Assembly (NCBI GenBank): GCA_052145015.1
Contig: JBKQPN010000102.1
Location: 12,310-76,309, forward strand
Direction: 5' to 3'
DNA: 64,000 nucleotides
Source: Terriglobales bacterium
GTDB lineage: Bacteria; Acidobacteriota; Terriglobia; Terriglobales; Acidobacteriaceae
Shown: positions 55,033-64,000 of the stretch, in pieces
How the letters are laid out: every line of letters starts with the position of its first letter
Position numbering within the stretch: position 1 is the first letter of the stretch
Made by a program: the position numbers and the translations under genes
Notes under the pieces: model-generated
Database searches by the model: none
The model's input: the letters and a program-made list of their open reading frames with translations, nothing else
What the model was told of the DNA's origin: nothing

Positions 55033-56046
55033 ATGGTCAGCTTCAATCTCCCTATGGAAGGGGATGGCCCCCGGGATCAACCATTTGTTCCACATCTCGT
55101 CCACTTTGCTCTGGAAGTAATCGATATCGTCGTCGGTGAAGTGGGCGAAGCGTCCCTGGCGGAGCAGGTAATCACGCACCGGCTGCCGCGGAATGCGCTT
55201 GTCGGCGATCTGCTGGGTGCGGCCGGTCAGCCGCAGGACGCCATCTTCCACCTCATACAGCGGCCATATCCCGGTGTTCACCGACAGCTCGCCCAGCTCG
55301 TGCGACTGAATGGGGTCGTAGTCCCAGCCCTTGGGGCAGGGATCGAGCGAGTGGATGAAGGTTGGCCCGCCGATGGTTAGCGCCTTGCGGATGGCGTTCA
55401 TGCCCTGCAGACCATAGGACATGCAGATGGTCGCCACGTAGCGGCAGGTTGGATGCCCGGCCGCCATCATCCCCGCCATGTTCTTCTTCCAGCGGTGATG
55501 CATGATGCGCTTCACCGGGCCGGGCGTGCTGAAGGTGGTGTTGGCGCCCCACGGGGTACTGCCCGAGAGCTGGATGTCGGTGTTGGCATACGATTCGTTG
55601 TCGTACATCAGGATCAGGCAGTTGTAGTCGGGGTGGGTCAAGGTGGCGGAAATGCCGCCGAGGCCCATGTCCGCGCCGCCGCCATCGCCGCAGAAGGCGA
55701 TCACGTTGATGGGCTCGTTCTTCATCTTGCCCTTGCGCATGAGCGCCTTCAGGCCGGCGGCCGTGCCCAGCGCCGCCGAACCGCTGCTGCCGAGCTGGGT
55801 GTGCATCCACGGCACCGACCACGAGGTGCTGTAGTAGGTGGTGTTGGCCACGTACATGCAGCCGGTGCTGCCCAGCACGATGGTGCGCGGGCCAGCAGCC
55901 TTCACCATCATCTTCATCACCAGCGCCGATTCGCAGCCCTGGCAGGTCCGGTGCCCCGAGGTAAAGAATTCTTCCAGGGGCAGCTTCTTAACTCCCTTGA
56001 AAGGATCCAGATTCTGGGTCGGCTCGATATTTACGTAGGTAGCCAT
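55021..56046 (-). CDS. 2-oxoacid:ferredoxin oxidoreductase beta (TPP-binding) subunit
   Basis: CQGCES and GSTGC cluster cysteines. GDGGGADMGLGG...YDNESYANT TPP motif. Confidence 0.9.
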   Translation of the reverse strand: MATYVNIEPTQNLDPFKGVKKLPLEEFFTSGHRTCQGCESALVMKMMVKAAGPRTIVLGSTGCMYVANTTYYSTSWSVPWMHTQLGSSGSAALGTAAGLKALMRKGKMKNEPINVIAFCGDGGGADMGLGGISATLTHPDYNCLILMYDNESYANTDIQLSGSTPWGANTTFSTPGPVKRIMHHRWKKNMAGMMAAGHPTCRYVATICMSYGLQGMNAIRKALTIGGPTFIHSLDPCPKGWDYDPIQSHELGELSVNTGIWPLYEVEDGVLRLTGRTQQIADKRIPRQPVRDYLLRQGRFAHFTDDDIDYFQSKVDEMWNKWLIPGAIPFHREIEADHPPA

Positions 56047-56092
56047 CTGTTACTCGTCCTTTCTGGCGGCAGAAGCGCGCCAGCAAAATCGT

Positions 56093-57325
56093 TTATTCGC
56101 GCAGCCCAATCCACTGCGTCAAAGGTTGCGTCTTGCCCGCCGCCGCTGCATACACCGAGTCGGTCATGCGGGTGATGTCGGGCAGGGTCACCTCGCGGCC
56201 GCCCAGGCCGCAGATGAAGTCCAGCACCGGCAGCTTGGGACCGGGCGCGGAGTAGAGCGCGGTCTTGACTTCGTTGGCGACCACGCCGCCCATGTAGGGC
56301 GAGCCGAAAGAGTAGTCGCGGTCGACCACGCCCACTGCCTTGAAGCGACTGAGCGACTTGGCCAGCGCTTCCGCCGGGAAGGGACGGAACCAGCGCAAGC
56401 GCACGAACCCGACTTTCTTCCCTTCCTTGCGCATCTGGCGGACCGCTACCTTCATGGGGATGGAGAGCGTGCCCATGCCCAGCAGCACGATGTCGGCATC
56501 CTCGGTCATGTACTCCTCGAAGAACGGATTGCCGTAGGAGCGGCCGAAGATGCGCTCGAAGTCGGCATAGGCTTCCTTGATCACCGCCGTGGTCCGCTCC
56601 ATGGCGGCGTAGTTCTGGCGCCGGATCTCCATGACCCAATCCTCGTTCGCCTGCGGCGCGACGGTGATGGGGTTATCGGGATGCAGCAGCAGGTCAGCGC
56701 GGTTGTAGCGGGGTAGGAATTCGTTGACCTTTTCTTGCGACGGAATTTTCACCAGCGCCTGCGAGTGGGTAAGGAAAGCGCCATCGCAACTGATGCCGCA
56801 GGGCAAAAAGATCCTGCGGTCCTCGGCCACGCGATAGGCGATGAGCGCGGTGTCGAGGGCTTCCTGGGCGTTATCCACCCAGACCAGCATCCAGCCCAGG
56901 TCGCGCACGGCCAGGGCGTCGTTGTGCTCGGTTCCAAAGGCGCCGGGATCATCCAGAGCGCGGTTGCCCACCATGGCGATCATGGGAATGCGCAGCGCGG
57001 GGGTGACCGTCAGCGCTTCCATGGCGTACATCCAACCCACGCCGCTGGAGCCGACGAAAACTCGCGCGCCCACCGCGGACGCGTGCTTGACGATCTCGAA
57101 CTGCGAGTGTTCGCCTTCCGCCACGATGTATTCGCAATCCATCTCGCCATAAGACACCAGCTTGGCAACGTACTGCATGACGGTATCGTAGGGGCGAATG
57201 GGGTAGGCCGTGATCACGTCCACGTCGGCCAGCTTGCAGGCCACGGCAATGGCCTCGCTGCCCGTGATCAGGGCGGTTTCATCTGTTTTGTGGTGTTGTT
57301 CCAGCGTCTCTACCATCTGTGCCAT
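56093..57325 (-). CDS. 2-oxoacid:ferredoxin oxidoreductase alpha subunit (YPIRP variant)
   Basis: 410 aa. ITGSEAIAVA, AYPIRPYD (Arg where pyruvate enzymes have Thr), GNRALDDPGAFG. Confidence 0.9.
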   Translation of the reverse strand: MAQMVETLEQHHKTDETALITGSEAIAVACKLADVDVITAYPIRPYDTVMQYVAKLVSYGEMDCEYIVAEGEHSQFEIVKHASAVGARVFVGSSGVGWMYAMEALTVTPALRIPMIAMVGNRALDDPGAFGTEHNDALAVRDLGWMLVWVDNAQEALDTALIAYRVAEDRRIFLPCGISCDGAFLTHSQALVKIPSQEKVNEFLPRYNRADLLLHPDNPITVAPQANEDWVMEIRRQNYAAMERTTAVIKEAYADFERIFGRSYGNPFFEEYMTEDADIVLLGMGTLSIPMKVAVRQMRKEGKKVGFVRLRWFRPFPAEALAKSLSRFKAVGVVDRDYSFGSPYMGGVVANEVKTALYSAPGPKLPVLDFICGLGGREVTLPDITRMTDSVYAAAAGKTQPLTQWIGLRE

Positions 57326-57346
57326 AAACCGCTTTCCTCCTGATCA

Positions 57347-58519
57347 CTAACCTTCGCGCGCGATCTCCAGCATTTCGGGAACTTGCTCCTTGTACTGCCC
57401 GCGGTAACGGAAACCGTGCGAGCGTTCCGGCCGCGATTCGATCTTCTCCGTCAGCCAGGTCTTGTACCCGGGCTTGTCCTTCCTCCACGCCTCCCACTGG
57501 CTGGAATTGTCCCGGAACTCCGTTTCGTTGATCATGGTGACGCAGTTGGGCACCGGGCAGACAGCCTCGCAGACGCCGCAGCCGCAACAGGCCTGCATGT
57601 TGGCGTCGTAGAGACCTTCCGGGGTAACGTCGAAGCAGGTATCCGGACACTGCAGCCAGCACAGCGTGCACTTGATGCAGGTATCAAAGTCCACCACCGG
57701 ACGCATGGTCCGGGTGCTGAACTTCTTGAACGTGGGATTGCGATCGGGGCGATACCCGCCCATGGCATGGGTGCCGGGATCTTCGATCTGCTTGCCGGTA
57801 GCGATGCAGGGAATGGCCACACCATCGCCCATCTCGTGCCACTTGGGCAGATCGAACTTGTACGGCGTTTCCGGGTTCCCCTGGGTGGGACGGACCGTGG
57901 TGCTCGAAAAGCGCTCGTACGCCCGCTCCGCCGAGGCCGCCTTCACCGAATCGTGCCACTCGTCGAGGATGATCTTCTTGAGCCCGTCGAGCGTGAACAG
58001 CTCGGGCAGGATGCGGGCGATGGCCCCCAGGATGCGCACGTCGCTGTGGTCGTCCTTGTACACCCAAAGCCCGGAAAAGCTAGGCGTGCCTTTCAGGATG
58101 CCAAGCTGGTACGGGTACTCCTTGCGGTGCGCCATGGAAATCAGCGCCTCGGGCGTTTCCCGGGAGGTGACGATCAGTGTCCCGTCCTGCTGGAGCAGCT
58201 TGTTGACCGGCTGCAGCCCATACCACGCCCAAGACTCCACGCCCTTGCACAGGGTGTCGTCGAGGGCGATGGTGATGTCCACCTCCTTGGGTTCGTACTT
58301 CGCCATGCCGTGCTCGAGCGTCTCCTGGTCGGAGCCCACGATGGCGAAGCTCTTGGCCGGAATGCCGTTGCGCTCCGGGCTGTCGCTGTAGCGCCCGAAG
58401 CTGATGCCAGGCTTGCCGGCCTGGTGCGCCGCCAGCACGATACCCCGGCTGATGTTTTTGGCCAGGGTCTTCTGGAAAATCCCTCGGTAGATAATCTCGA
58501 CCGCAAATAACCGGCCCAT
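57347..58519 (-). CDS. 2-oxoacid:ferredoxin oxidoreductase fused gamma + delta (2x[4Fe-4S]) subunit
   Basis: GGAGG 6 nt upstream of the ATG at 58519. N-terminal gamma domain. CIKCTLCWLQCP and CCGCGVCEAVCP ferredoxin motifs. Confidence 0.88.
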   Translation of the reverse strand: MGRLFAVEIIYRGIFQKTLAKNISRGIVLAAHQAGKPGISFGRYSDSPERNGIPAKSFAIVGSDQETLEHGMAKYEPKEVDITIALDDTLCKGVESWAWYGLQPVNKLLQQDGTLIVTSRETPEALISMAHRKEYPYQLGILKGTPSFSGLWVYKDDHSDVRILGAIARILPELFTLDGLKKIILDEWHDSVKAASAERAYERFSSTTVRPTQGNPETPYKFDLPKWHEMGDGVAIPCIATGKQIEDPGTHAMGGYRPDRNPTFKKFSTRTMRPVVDFDTCIKCTLCWLQCPDTCFDVTPEGLYDANMQACCGCGVCEAVCPVPNCVTMINETEFRDNSSQWEAWRKDKPGYKTWLTEKIESRPERSHGFRYRGQYKEQVPEMLEIAREG

Positions 58520-58539
58520 GCGAAACCTCCGTCGTTTAG

Positions 58540-59271
58540 TCAAAACTTGTTGAGGACGATCTCCGATACCTCTTCGATGTGCCTGCGCATCGCCAGTTCC
58601 GCCGCGACCGGATCGTGCCGCTTGATGGCGGCCAGGATCCGTCGGTGGCCGGCAATGGATTTCTGCGGCCGCCCCTCCACTTGCAAAGAGCGTTCGCGAG
58701 TCTCCCGCAACAGGTCCATCAGAACATCCAGGACCTTCAACACCACGCTGTTGTCCGACGCCATGGCAATGGCGTAGTGGAACTCGTTGTCCTCCTCGAT
58801 GGCGGCGTCGCCCTGGCGGAGCTTCTCGCTCTGCCGCACCATGATGTCCTCCATCTCGGCAACGTCGGCGGCGGAGGCGTGGGTGGCCGCGCGCGCCGCC
58901 AGCGGCGGCTCCAGCATCTTGCGCACGTCCAGCAGTTCCACCACCAGCTTGCGTTTCTGCACCAGCACCGAGGTCAGGGGATTAATCAGGGCGTCCGCGG
59001 AAAGCTCGCGCACGATCGTGCCCGAGCCTTGCCTGGGTTCGACCATGCCCACCAGCTCCAGCCGGCGGATGGCATCGCGGATCGAGCTGCGGCTGACGCC
59101 GAAGCTCTCCGCCAGTTCGCGCTCCGGGGGCAGCATGTCGCCGGGCTTCATGCGCTCGGCAATGAGTTGCTCGAGCCGCCGCGCCACCTCTTCATAGACC
59201 TTGTTGCGGCGGATGGCCTCGAATTCGGGTTTGGCGGTGGCGTTCACTTCGTCGGTGATTGGTCCACTCAT
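58540..59271 (-). CDS. GntR family (FadR/FCD subfamily) transcriptional regulator
   Basis: LPPERELAESFGVSRSSIRDAIRRLELVGMV wHTH plus a helical FCD domain. 20 bp upstream of the oxidoreductase genes. Confidence 0.9.
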   Translation of the reverse strand: MSGPITDEVNATAKPEFEAIRRNKVYEEVARRLEQLIAERMKPGDMLPPERELAESFGVSRSSIRDAIRRLELVGMVEPRQGSGTIVRELSADALINPLTSVLVQKRKLVVELLDVRKMLEPPLAARAATHASAADVAEMEDIMVRQSEKLRQGDAAIEEDNEFHYAIAMASDNSVVLKVLDVLMDLLRETRERSLQVEGRPQKSIAGHRRILAAIKRHDPVAAELAMRRHIEEVSEIVLNKF

Positions 59272-59274
59272 CAG

Positions 59275-59302
59275 ACCATTGGTTCAGTTAGCGGACCAAT
59301 TG
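59275..59302. promoter_or_regulatory. Candidate GntR operator (two GACCAwTkGT copies)
   Basis: GACCATTGGT..N11..GACCAATTGT within 35 bp upstream of the GntR start codon. TTGGT-N11-ACCAA symmetry. Confidence 0.25.
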
Positions 59303-59362
59303 TACACCTGCGTGTCAAGTACTTTTCTGCCCCGAGGGCGCCGGCCTACATTCTTGGCTGTC

Positions 59363-59384
59363 GAGACGCCTTCTGCTGCGTCTC
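59363..59384. repeat. GAGACGC-n8-GCGTCTC hairpin
   Basis: Read directly. Same core as 52253..52282. Confidence 0.8.
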
Positions 59385-59476
59385 TCCCTCTGAATAGCGA
59401 CCCGGCGCGTGAGCGGTCCCGGGTAGACTAAACTGCCGCGCCAGGACCAAGCGGGGCCGGCCTGCTGGAGACCTCC

Positions 59477-60669
59477 ATGAACTTTCTCCGATTTCTGCTG
59501 ACAATTGTGCTGCTGGCTTCGGGTTCCCTCGGCTTGTCGGCCGCGGATTCCAAGACTGCAGGTGGCACGGCCACCTTCACCTTGCCCTTCGAGCTGATCG
59601 ATAACCGTGTGTTCATCGAGCTTCGCCTGAATGGGAAAGGTCCTTACCACTTCATTCTCGACACTGGCGCGGTCGCCGATATAGGCGACCACGTGGCCCA
59701 GCAGCTTGGGCTAAAACCGGAAGAGGCCGGCGAAGGCCAGGGCGTAGGCGAGAAGAAACAGCACTTTGGCCGGACCCACATCGCCGCGGTTCAAATCGGA
59801 GAGCTGCAATTGCGCGACGTCGAATTCGGCGTCCTGTCCCTGGACGACTCACCCCAGGTTTTCGGCGCCAAGCCGGTGGCATCATCGGACTCGAAGTCTT
59901 CGAGCGGATGGTAGTGAAGCATGACTACGTGCGACGCATCCTCACCTTCACCCCGCCGGAGAAATTCACCTACTCCGGCGCGGGGAGCATCGTGCACTTC
60001 GAGCGGCCTCGCCAGATTCCCGTCGTCGAGGCCGAACTGGACGGCATACCCGGCAAGTTCGGTGTGGATACCGGGGCACGCTCGGCCATGCTGCTCTATG
60101 GCCCCTTCTGTGCCCAAAACCAGCTTCAGGAGAAATATGGCGCCAGGCTGGAAGGCGTGACCGGCTGGGGCCTGGGCGGTCCGGTGCGTTCACTGCTGGC
60201 GCGTGCGAAAGAACTCAAGATTGGCGATGTGCGAGTACGCGACCTCGTCATTCGGCTCTCCACCCAGAAAACCGGACTGACCACCTCTTCCGCGATGGCG
60301 GGATTGATCGGCCCCGATGTGCTGGCGCAATTTGACGTCACCTTCGACTACGCCCGCAGCCGCATCATCTTCGAGAAGAACCAGAGTTACGGACGCCGCG
60401 ACAGCTATGATCGCGCCGGCGTCTGGATGGGCCAGAATGGCAAACATTTCAGCGTCGTGGATGTGATTGGCGGAGGTCCCGCGCAGGAAGCCGGCGTGAA
60501 ACAGGGCGACACCATCCTTGCCATCGACGGCAAAAGCACCGAAACCCTGGTGCTGCCGGATGTGCGGGAAAGCATGCGCCGCCGCCCGGTGGGCGACAAG
60601 GTCAGTCTGCTGCTGGAATCCGAAGGCAAGCAGCGGACGGCTGTGATTACCATCCGAGACCTGGTTTGA
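59477..60669 (+). pseudogene. Two-lobed retropepsin-like aspartyl protease + PDZ, interrupted by a 1-nt frameshift near 59878
   Basis: ORFs 59477..59914 and 59908..60669. ILDTGAV and GVDTGAR motifs. The frame-2 reading GIIGLEVFERMVV continues ...VFGAKPV of frame 1 at GTG|GC. Signal peptide present. C-terminal PDZ (VIGGGPAQEAGVKQGDTILAIDG). Confidence 0.6.
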
Positions 60670-60757
60670 CCCCGTTCCCGGCTTCCGGGTTGCAACCGCC
60701 GCGTCCATCCACTAAAACAGTGGCAGCCGCTTGCAACCGGGTTCCACACGTCCGCCG

Positions 60758-63391
60758 ATGGCCAAACACTCCAGGGCATTCGCCGCCGGGACACTGCTGC
60801 TCGTCCTGCTCCTCGTGTGCCCGCGCACCGCGCCACACTTGGCGGCCAGCCCGGCGCCGGCGCGGGGCACCAGCGAACTCGGGCAACTGCTCATCAAGCT
60901 GCACACCACGGCGCGGCTGCTGCACACCGTCGCCCATCCTGACGACGAGGATGGCGGCATGCTGGTGCTGGAAGCGCGTGGAGAAGGGGTCACCGCCCTG
61001 CAGTTGACCCTGACCCGCGGCGAAGGCGGACAGAACCGCACCGGCAGCAACCTGTTCGACGAGCTGGGGGTGCTGCGCACCCTGGAATTGCTGGCCGCCG
61101 ACCAGTATTACGGGGTGGAGCAGCGCTTTACCCGCGTCGCCGATTTCGGTTACTCCAAGAGCGCCGACGAGACCTTCGACAAGTGGCACGGGCACGACGT
61201 CGCGCTCGCCGACATGGTGAGGGTAATCCGCACCTTCCGGCCGGACGTGATTGTCACTCGCTTCCAGGGCACGGCGCGCGACGGCCACGGCCATCACCAG
61301 GCCGATGGCATTCTCACCCGCGAAGCCTTTCGCGCCGCCGGCGATCCCTCGCGCTTCAGCGAACAGATCAGTGAAGGACTCCAGCCCTGGCAGGCGAAGA
61401 AGCTCTACATCCGCGGCGGCAGTGACGATTACACGCTGGCGCTCGACAGCGGCGCCCAGTCGCCGGTGCTGGGCATGAGCTTCGTGCAGTACGCCATGCA
61501 GGGCCTGCGGCACCAGCTCTCGCAGGGCGCGGGGGAATGGCAGCTTTCCGCGCGGCCGCACGTCTCCTACTACAAGCTGGTGGATTCGGTGCTGCCCCTG
61601 CCGCGAGAGGGCGCGCACGAACACGATTTCTTCGACGGCATCGATCGCACCCTGCCCGGCCTCGCGGACCGCATCGGCGGCGAGGAGTCCAAGGTCCCCT
61701 TCCTGCGCCCGGCGCTGGCCGCCATCAAGGAGCGGGTAGACGAGGCCACGCACCTGGTCCCCGGTCCTTCCTCCGGCCTGGCCGGGCCATTGCTGGCCGG
61801 CGAGCAGCAGGTGGCGGACCTGATGGACCAGATCGAACAATCGCAGCTCTCGTCCGCGGCGAAATCCGAGTTGCTGGTCAACCTGCGCACCAAACGGCAG
61901 CAGTTCCAGCGCGCGGCCGAGCTGGCCTTGAACCTGGAGCTGCGCATCTCCATCACGCCTCCGGGCAACGGCATGCTGGTTCCGGGACAGACGGTGCGCC
62001 TCGCGGCTGAGCTGCGCAATTCCGGCGACGAGGCGGTGCAAGTGCAGCAGATCGCGCTCGAACTGCCGGAAGGTTGGAGCGCGCCCCCGGTGTGGATCAG
62101 GCCGGCGCGGCTGAAACCCGGCGAGAGCACCACCGTGGCCTTCAACCTGACGGTGGCGGCGGATGCGGAGCTGACCCGTCCTTACTGGCACCGCGACGAT
62201 CCGGAAACCGATACGGTGTACCAGATCGACGATCCCCGCTATGCCACGCTTCCCTTCCCGCCGCCGCCGGTTGCGGCCCATGCGGTATTCGCGTTCGGCG
62301 CATACCGCGGCACGGTGCGGGCGATCGCGCGCGCGTCCATGGCGGAGAACAGTCCGCCACTGGCGGTGGTGCCGGCGTTCTCGCTGCTGATTGCGCCACG
62401 CACGCACGTAGTGCCTGCCGATTCCACCTCGCCGACCACGGTGGTGGTCGAGGTCCGCGGCTACGTCTCGGGCGAAGCCAGCATTTACTTGCGCGCGCCT
62501 CAGGGATGGACGGTCTTGCCCAACTCCGCCCCGGTGCGTTTCGAGCACAGCGGCCAGGAGCGGAAGGTCAATTTCAAGCTGACCCCGCCCGGCGGCGCCT
62601 ATCGTCCGGGAAAGCTCCGTGTGCGCGCGGTGCTGGAGGCCGCAGGGCGGCAGTATTCCGAAGGCTTCACCGTGGTGACGGGCGAGGACCTCGGCACCTC
62701 TTATTATTACCAGCCGGCGGTGGAGCAGTTGAGCGTGGTGAGCGTAAAAGTGCCGGCGGGACTGAAGATCGGCTACGTCATGGGCGCGGGCGATGACATC
62801 CCCACCGTGCTGCGCGAACTCGGCTTGAGCGTGGAGATGATCTCGCCGGATCAGGTGGCGCGCGGCTACCTCGGACGCTTCGACACCATCATCCTCGGAA
62901 TCCGCGCCTACGACACCCGCGCCGACCTCCGCCAGAACAACCGCCGCCTGCTCGATTACGTGGACCACGGCGGCACGCTGCTGGTGCAGTACAACACCAA
63001 TCCCGAGGAATTCAATGCCGGGCACTACACGCCCTATCCGGCCGAGCTCAGCCATGATCGCGTGAGCGTGGAAGAAGCGCCGGTGACCCTGCTCGAACCC
63101 TACGACCGGCTCTTCCGCTTTCCCAATGCCATCACCGAAAAGGATTTCGCCGGCTGGGTGCAGGAGCGCGGGCTTTACTTCATGGACAAGTGGGACAACC
63201 ACTACCGGCCGCTGCTTTCCTGCTCCGACCCGGGCGAGCCGCCGCGCGAAGGCGGATTGCTGCGGGCCCGCTCCGGCCACGGCACCTACATCTACACCGG
63301 CTATGCTTTCTTCCGCCAGCTTCCCAATGGAGTCCCCGGGGCCATCCGACTGTACGTGAATCTGCTGAGCGCCGGCCATGGTAAGCCCTAG
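60758..63391 (+). CDS. Large PIG-L (LmbE-like) family deacetylase with C-terminal GATase1/ThuA-like domain
   Basis: ATG at 60758 gives a signal peptide. VAHPDDEDGG and TRGEGGQN LmbE motifs. C-terminal DTIILGIRAY...HGGTLLVQYN. Confidence 0.8.
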   Translation: MAKHSRAFAAGTLLLVLLLVCPRTAPHLAASPAPARGTSELGQLLIKLHTTARLLHTVAHPDDEDGGMLVLEARGEGVTALQLTLTRGEGGQNRTGSNLFDELGVLRTLELLAADQYYGVEQRFTRVADFGYSKSADETFDKWHGHDVALADMVRVIRTFRPDVIVTRFQGTARDGHGHHQADGILTREAFRAAGDPSRFSEQISEGLQPWQAKKLYIRGGSDDYTLALDSGAQSPVLGMSFVQYAMQGLRHQLSQGAGEWQLSARPHVSYYKLVDSVLPLPREGAHEHDFFDGIDRTLPGLADRIGGEESKVPFLRPALAAIKERVDEATHLVPGPSSGLAGPLLAGEQQVADLMDQIEQSQLSSAAKSELLVNLRTKRQQFQRAAELALNLELRISITPPGNGMLVPGQTVRLAAELRNSGDEAVQVQQIALELPEGWSAPPVWIRPARLKPGESTTVAFNLTVAADAELTRPYWHRDDPETDTVYQIDDPRYATLPFPPPPVAAHAVFAFGAYRGTVRAIARASMAENSPPLAVVPAFSLLIAPRTHVVPADSTSPTTVVVEVRGYVSGEASIYLRAPQGWTVLPNSAPVRFEHSGQERKVNFKLTPPGGAYRPGKLRVRAVLEAAGRQYSEGFTVVTGEDLGTSYYYQPAVEQLSVVSVKVPAGLKIGYVMGAGDDIPTVLRELGLSVEMISPDQVARGYLGRFDTIILGIRAYDTRADLRQNNRRLLDYVDHGGTLLVQYNTNPEEFNAGHYTPYPAELSHDRVSVEEAPVTLLEPYDRLFRFPNAITEKDFAGWVQERGLYFMDKWDNHYRPLLSCSDPGEPPREGGLLRARSGHGTYIYTGYAFFRQLPNGVPGAIRLYVNLLSAGHGKP

Positions 63392-64000
63392 CGTGCCAGG
63401 GCAGGCAGACCGCGGCACGACCCTGGTCCGCGGCGTAGGCCTGGGCTCGGCCACCGCGCTGAACATGATCGACATGATCGGCGTGGGGCCGTTCATCACC
63501 ATCCCCCTCATCATCAGCGCCGCCGGAGGCCCGCAGGCCATGCTGGGCTGGATCCTGGGCGCGGCCCTGGCGTTGTGCGACGGCATGGTGTGGGCGGAGC
63601 TGGGCGCGGCCATGCCCGGCTCGGGCGGCTCGTATCGTTACCTGAAAGAAATCTACGGTCCGGCACGGCTGGGACGGCTGGTGTCGTTTCTGTTCGTGTG
63701 GCAGCTTTCCTTCAGCGCGCCGCTTTCAGTCGCTTCGGGCTGCCTCGGACTGGCGCAGTACGCGAGCTACCTGCTGCCATCGCTGGAGAAGACGTATCTG
63801 GCGACGACACTCGCGTGGGTCGTGCCTGGGCTGGGACCGCTCGAAGCGCGTGTGCTGGTCAACCGCGCAACCTTCGTGGCCATCGCGGCGTGCGCAGTCG
63901 CCGTCCTGCTGCTGTACCGGCGGATCAGCATGGTGGGACGGCTCTCCAAGCTGCTCTGGGTGGGCGTGCTGGCGACGGTGGCATGGGTGATCGTCGCCGG
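63378..64000 (+). CDS. APC-family amino acid permease (3'-truncated by window end)
   Basis: Not in the track because no stop is reached. Own translation: MVSPSVPGQADRGTTLVRGVGLGSATALNMIDMIGVGPFITIPL...GSGGSYRYLKEIYG. 14-nt overlap with the PIG-L gene end. Confidence 0.8.
   Translation, partial: MVSPSVPGQADRGTTLVRGVGLGSATALNMIDMIGVGPFITIPLIISAAGGPQAMLGWILGAALALCDGMVWAELGAAMPGSGGSYRYLKEIYGPARLGRLVSFLFVWQLSFSAPLSVASGCLGLAQYASYLLPSLEKTYLATTLAWVVPGLGPLEARVLVNRATFVAIAACAVAVLLLYRRISMVGRLSKLLWVGVLATVAWVIVA

Noticed and set aside
60647-63613. 988-aa minus-strand ORF
   Set aside because: It is antisense to the PIG-L deacetylase gene. Its Arg/Gly/Ala/Pro-rich low-complexity translation is typical of open antisense frames in GC-rich DNA, and the plus-strand ORF has recognisable LmbE motifs.

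Overview
GC-rich (roughly mid-60s % by eye, not computed), gene-dense chromosomal window with about 60 protein-coding genes on both strands. I recognised no rRNA, tRNA, CRISPR array, transposase, integrase or prophage genes. Gene content suggests an Acidobacteriota-like soil bacterium (inference only): a PEP-CTERM protein beside an exopolysaccharide locus, a HemQ-type heme pathway, and many short-unit hairpin repeats between genes.

Layout:
- 0.3-14.5 kb: exopolysaccharide locus with galE, a small PEP-CTERM protein, a WecA-like priming transferase, a GDP-mannose 3,5-epimerase-like enzyme, four glycosyltransferases, a carbamoyltransferase, an AsnB-family amidotransferase and a secreted beta-helix protein.
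- 14.6-20 kb: 2-hydroxyacid dehydrogenase, gpmI and eno, interrupted by a hicB-hicA pair.
- 20.0-20.6 kb: peroxiredoxin-like gene with an in-frame TGA exactly at the redox-Cys position (candidate selenoprotein).
- 21.5-27 kb: amidohydrolase, orphan HcrB-like FAD/FeS subunit, lytic transglycosylase, GAF-like protein.
- 27.3-31.5 kb: ECF sigma factor with a soluble zinc anti-sigma, two small proteins, CPBP and M48 proteases.
- 31.7-41.3 kb: inositol-3-phosphate synthase, SDR, DedA, HemQ-like protein, nth, S9 peptidase, HtrA, K+-channel-like protein.
- 41.4-45.3 kb: ccsA-like-hemA-hemC-hemD operon.
- 45.9-47.2 kb: lower-GC islet of small genes.
- 47.3-52.2 kb: reductive pyrimidine/hydantoin catabolism cluster with a luciferase-like (LLM) flavin oxidoreductase.
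- 52.3-59.3 kb: GntR-headed three-chain 2-oxoacid:ferredoxin oxidoreductase with an oxalate/formate-antiporter-family transporter and a secreted formamidase-family amidase (candidate oxalate oxidoreductase system).
- 59.5-64 kb: frameshifted aspartyl-protease/PDZ gene, large PIG-L deacetylase, partial APC permease.

The most unusual signals are the candidate Sec-peroxiredoxin, the OOR-like operon, and the pervasive intergenic hairpins built from locus-specific tandem 7-16 bp units. All functional calls come from motif recognition by eye; no database search was run.
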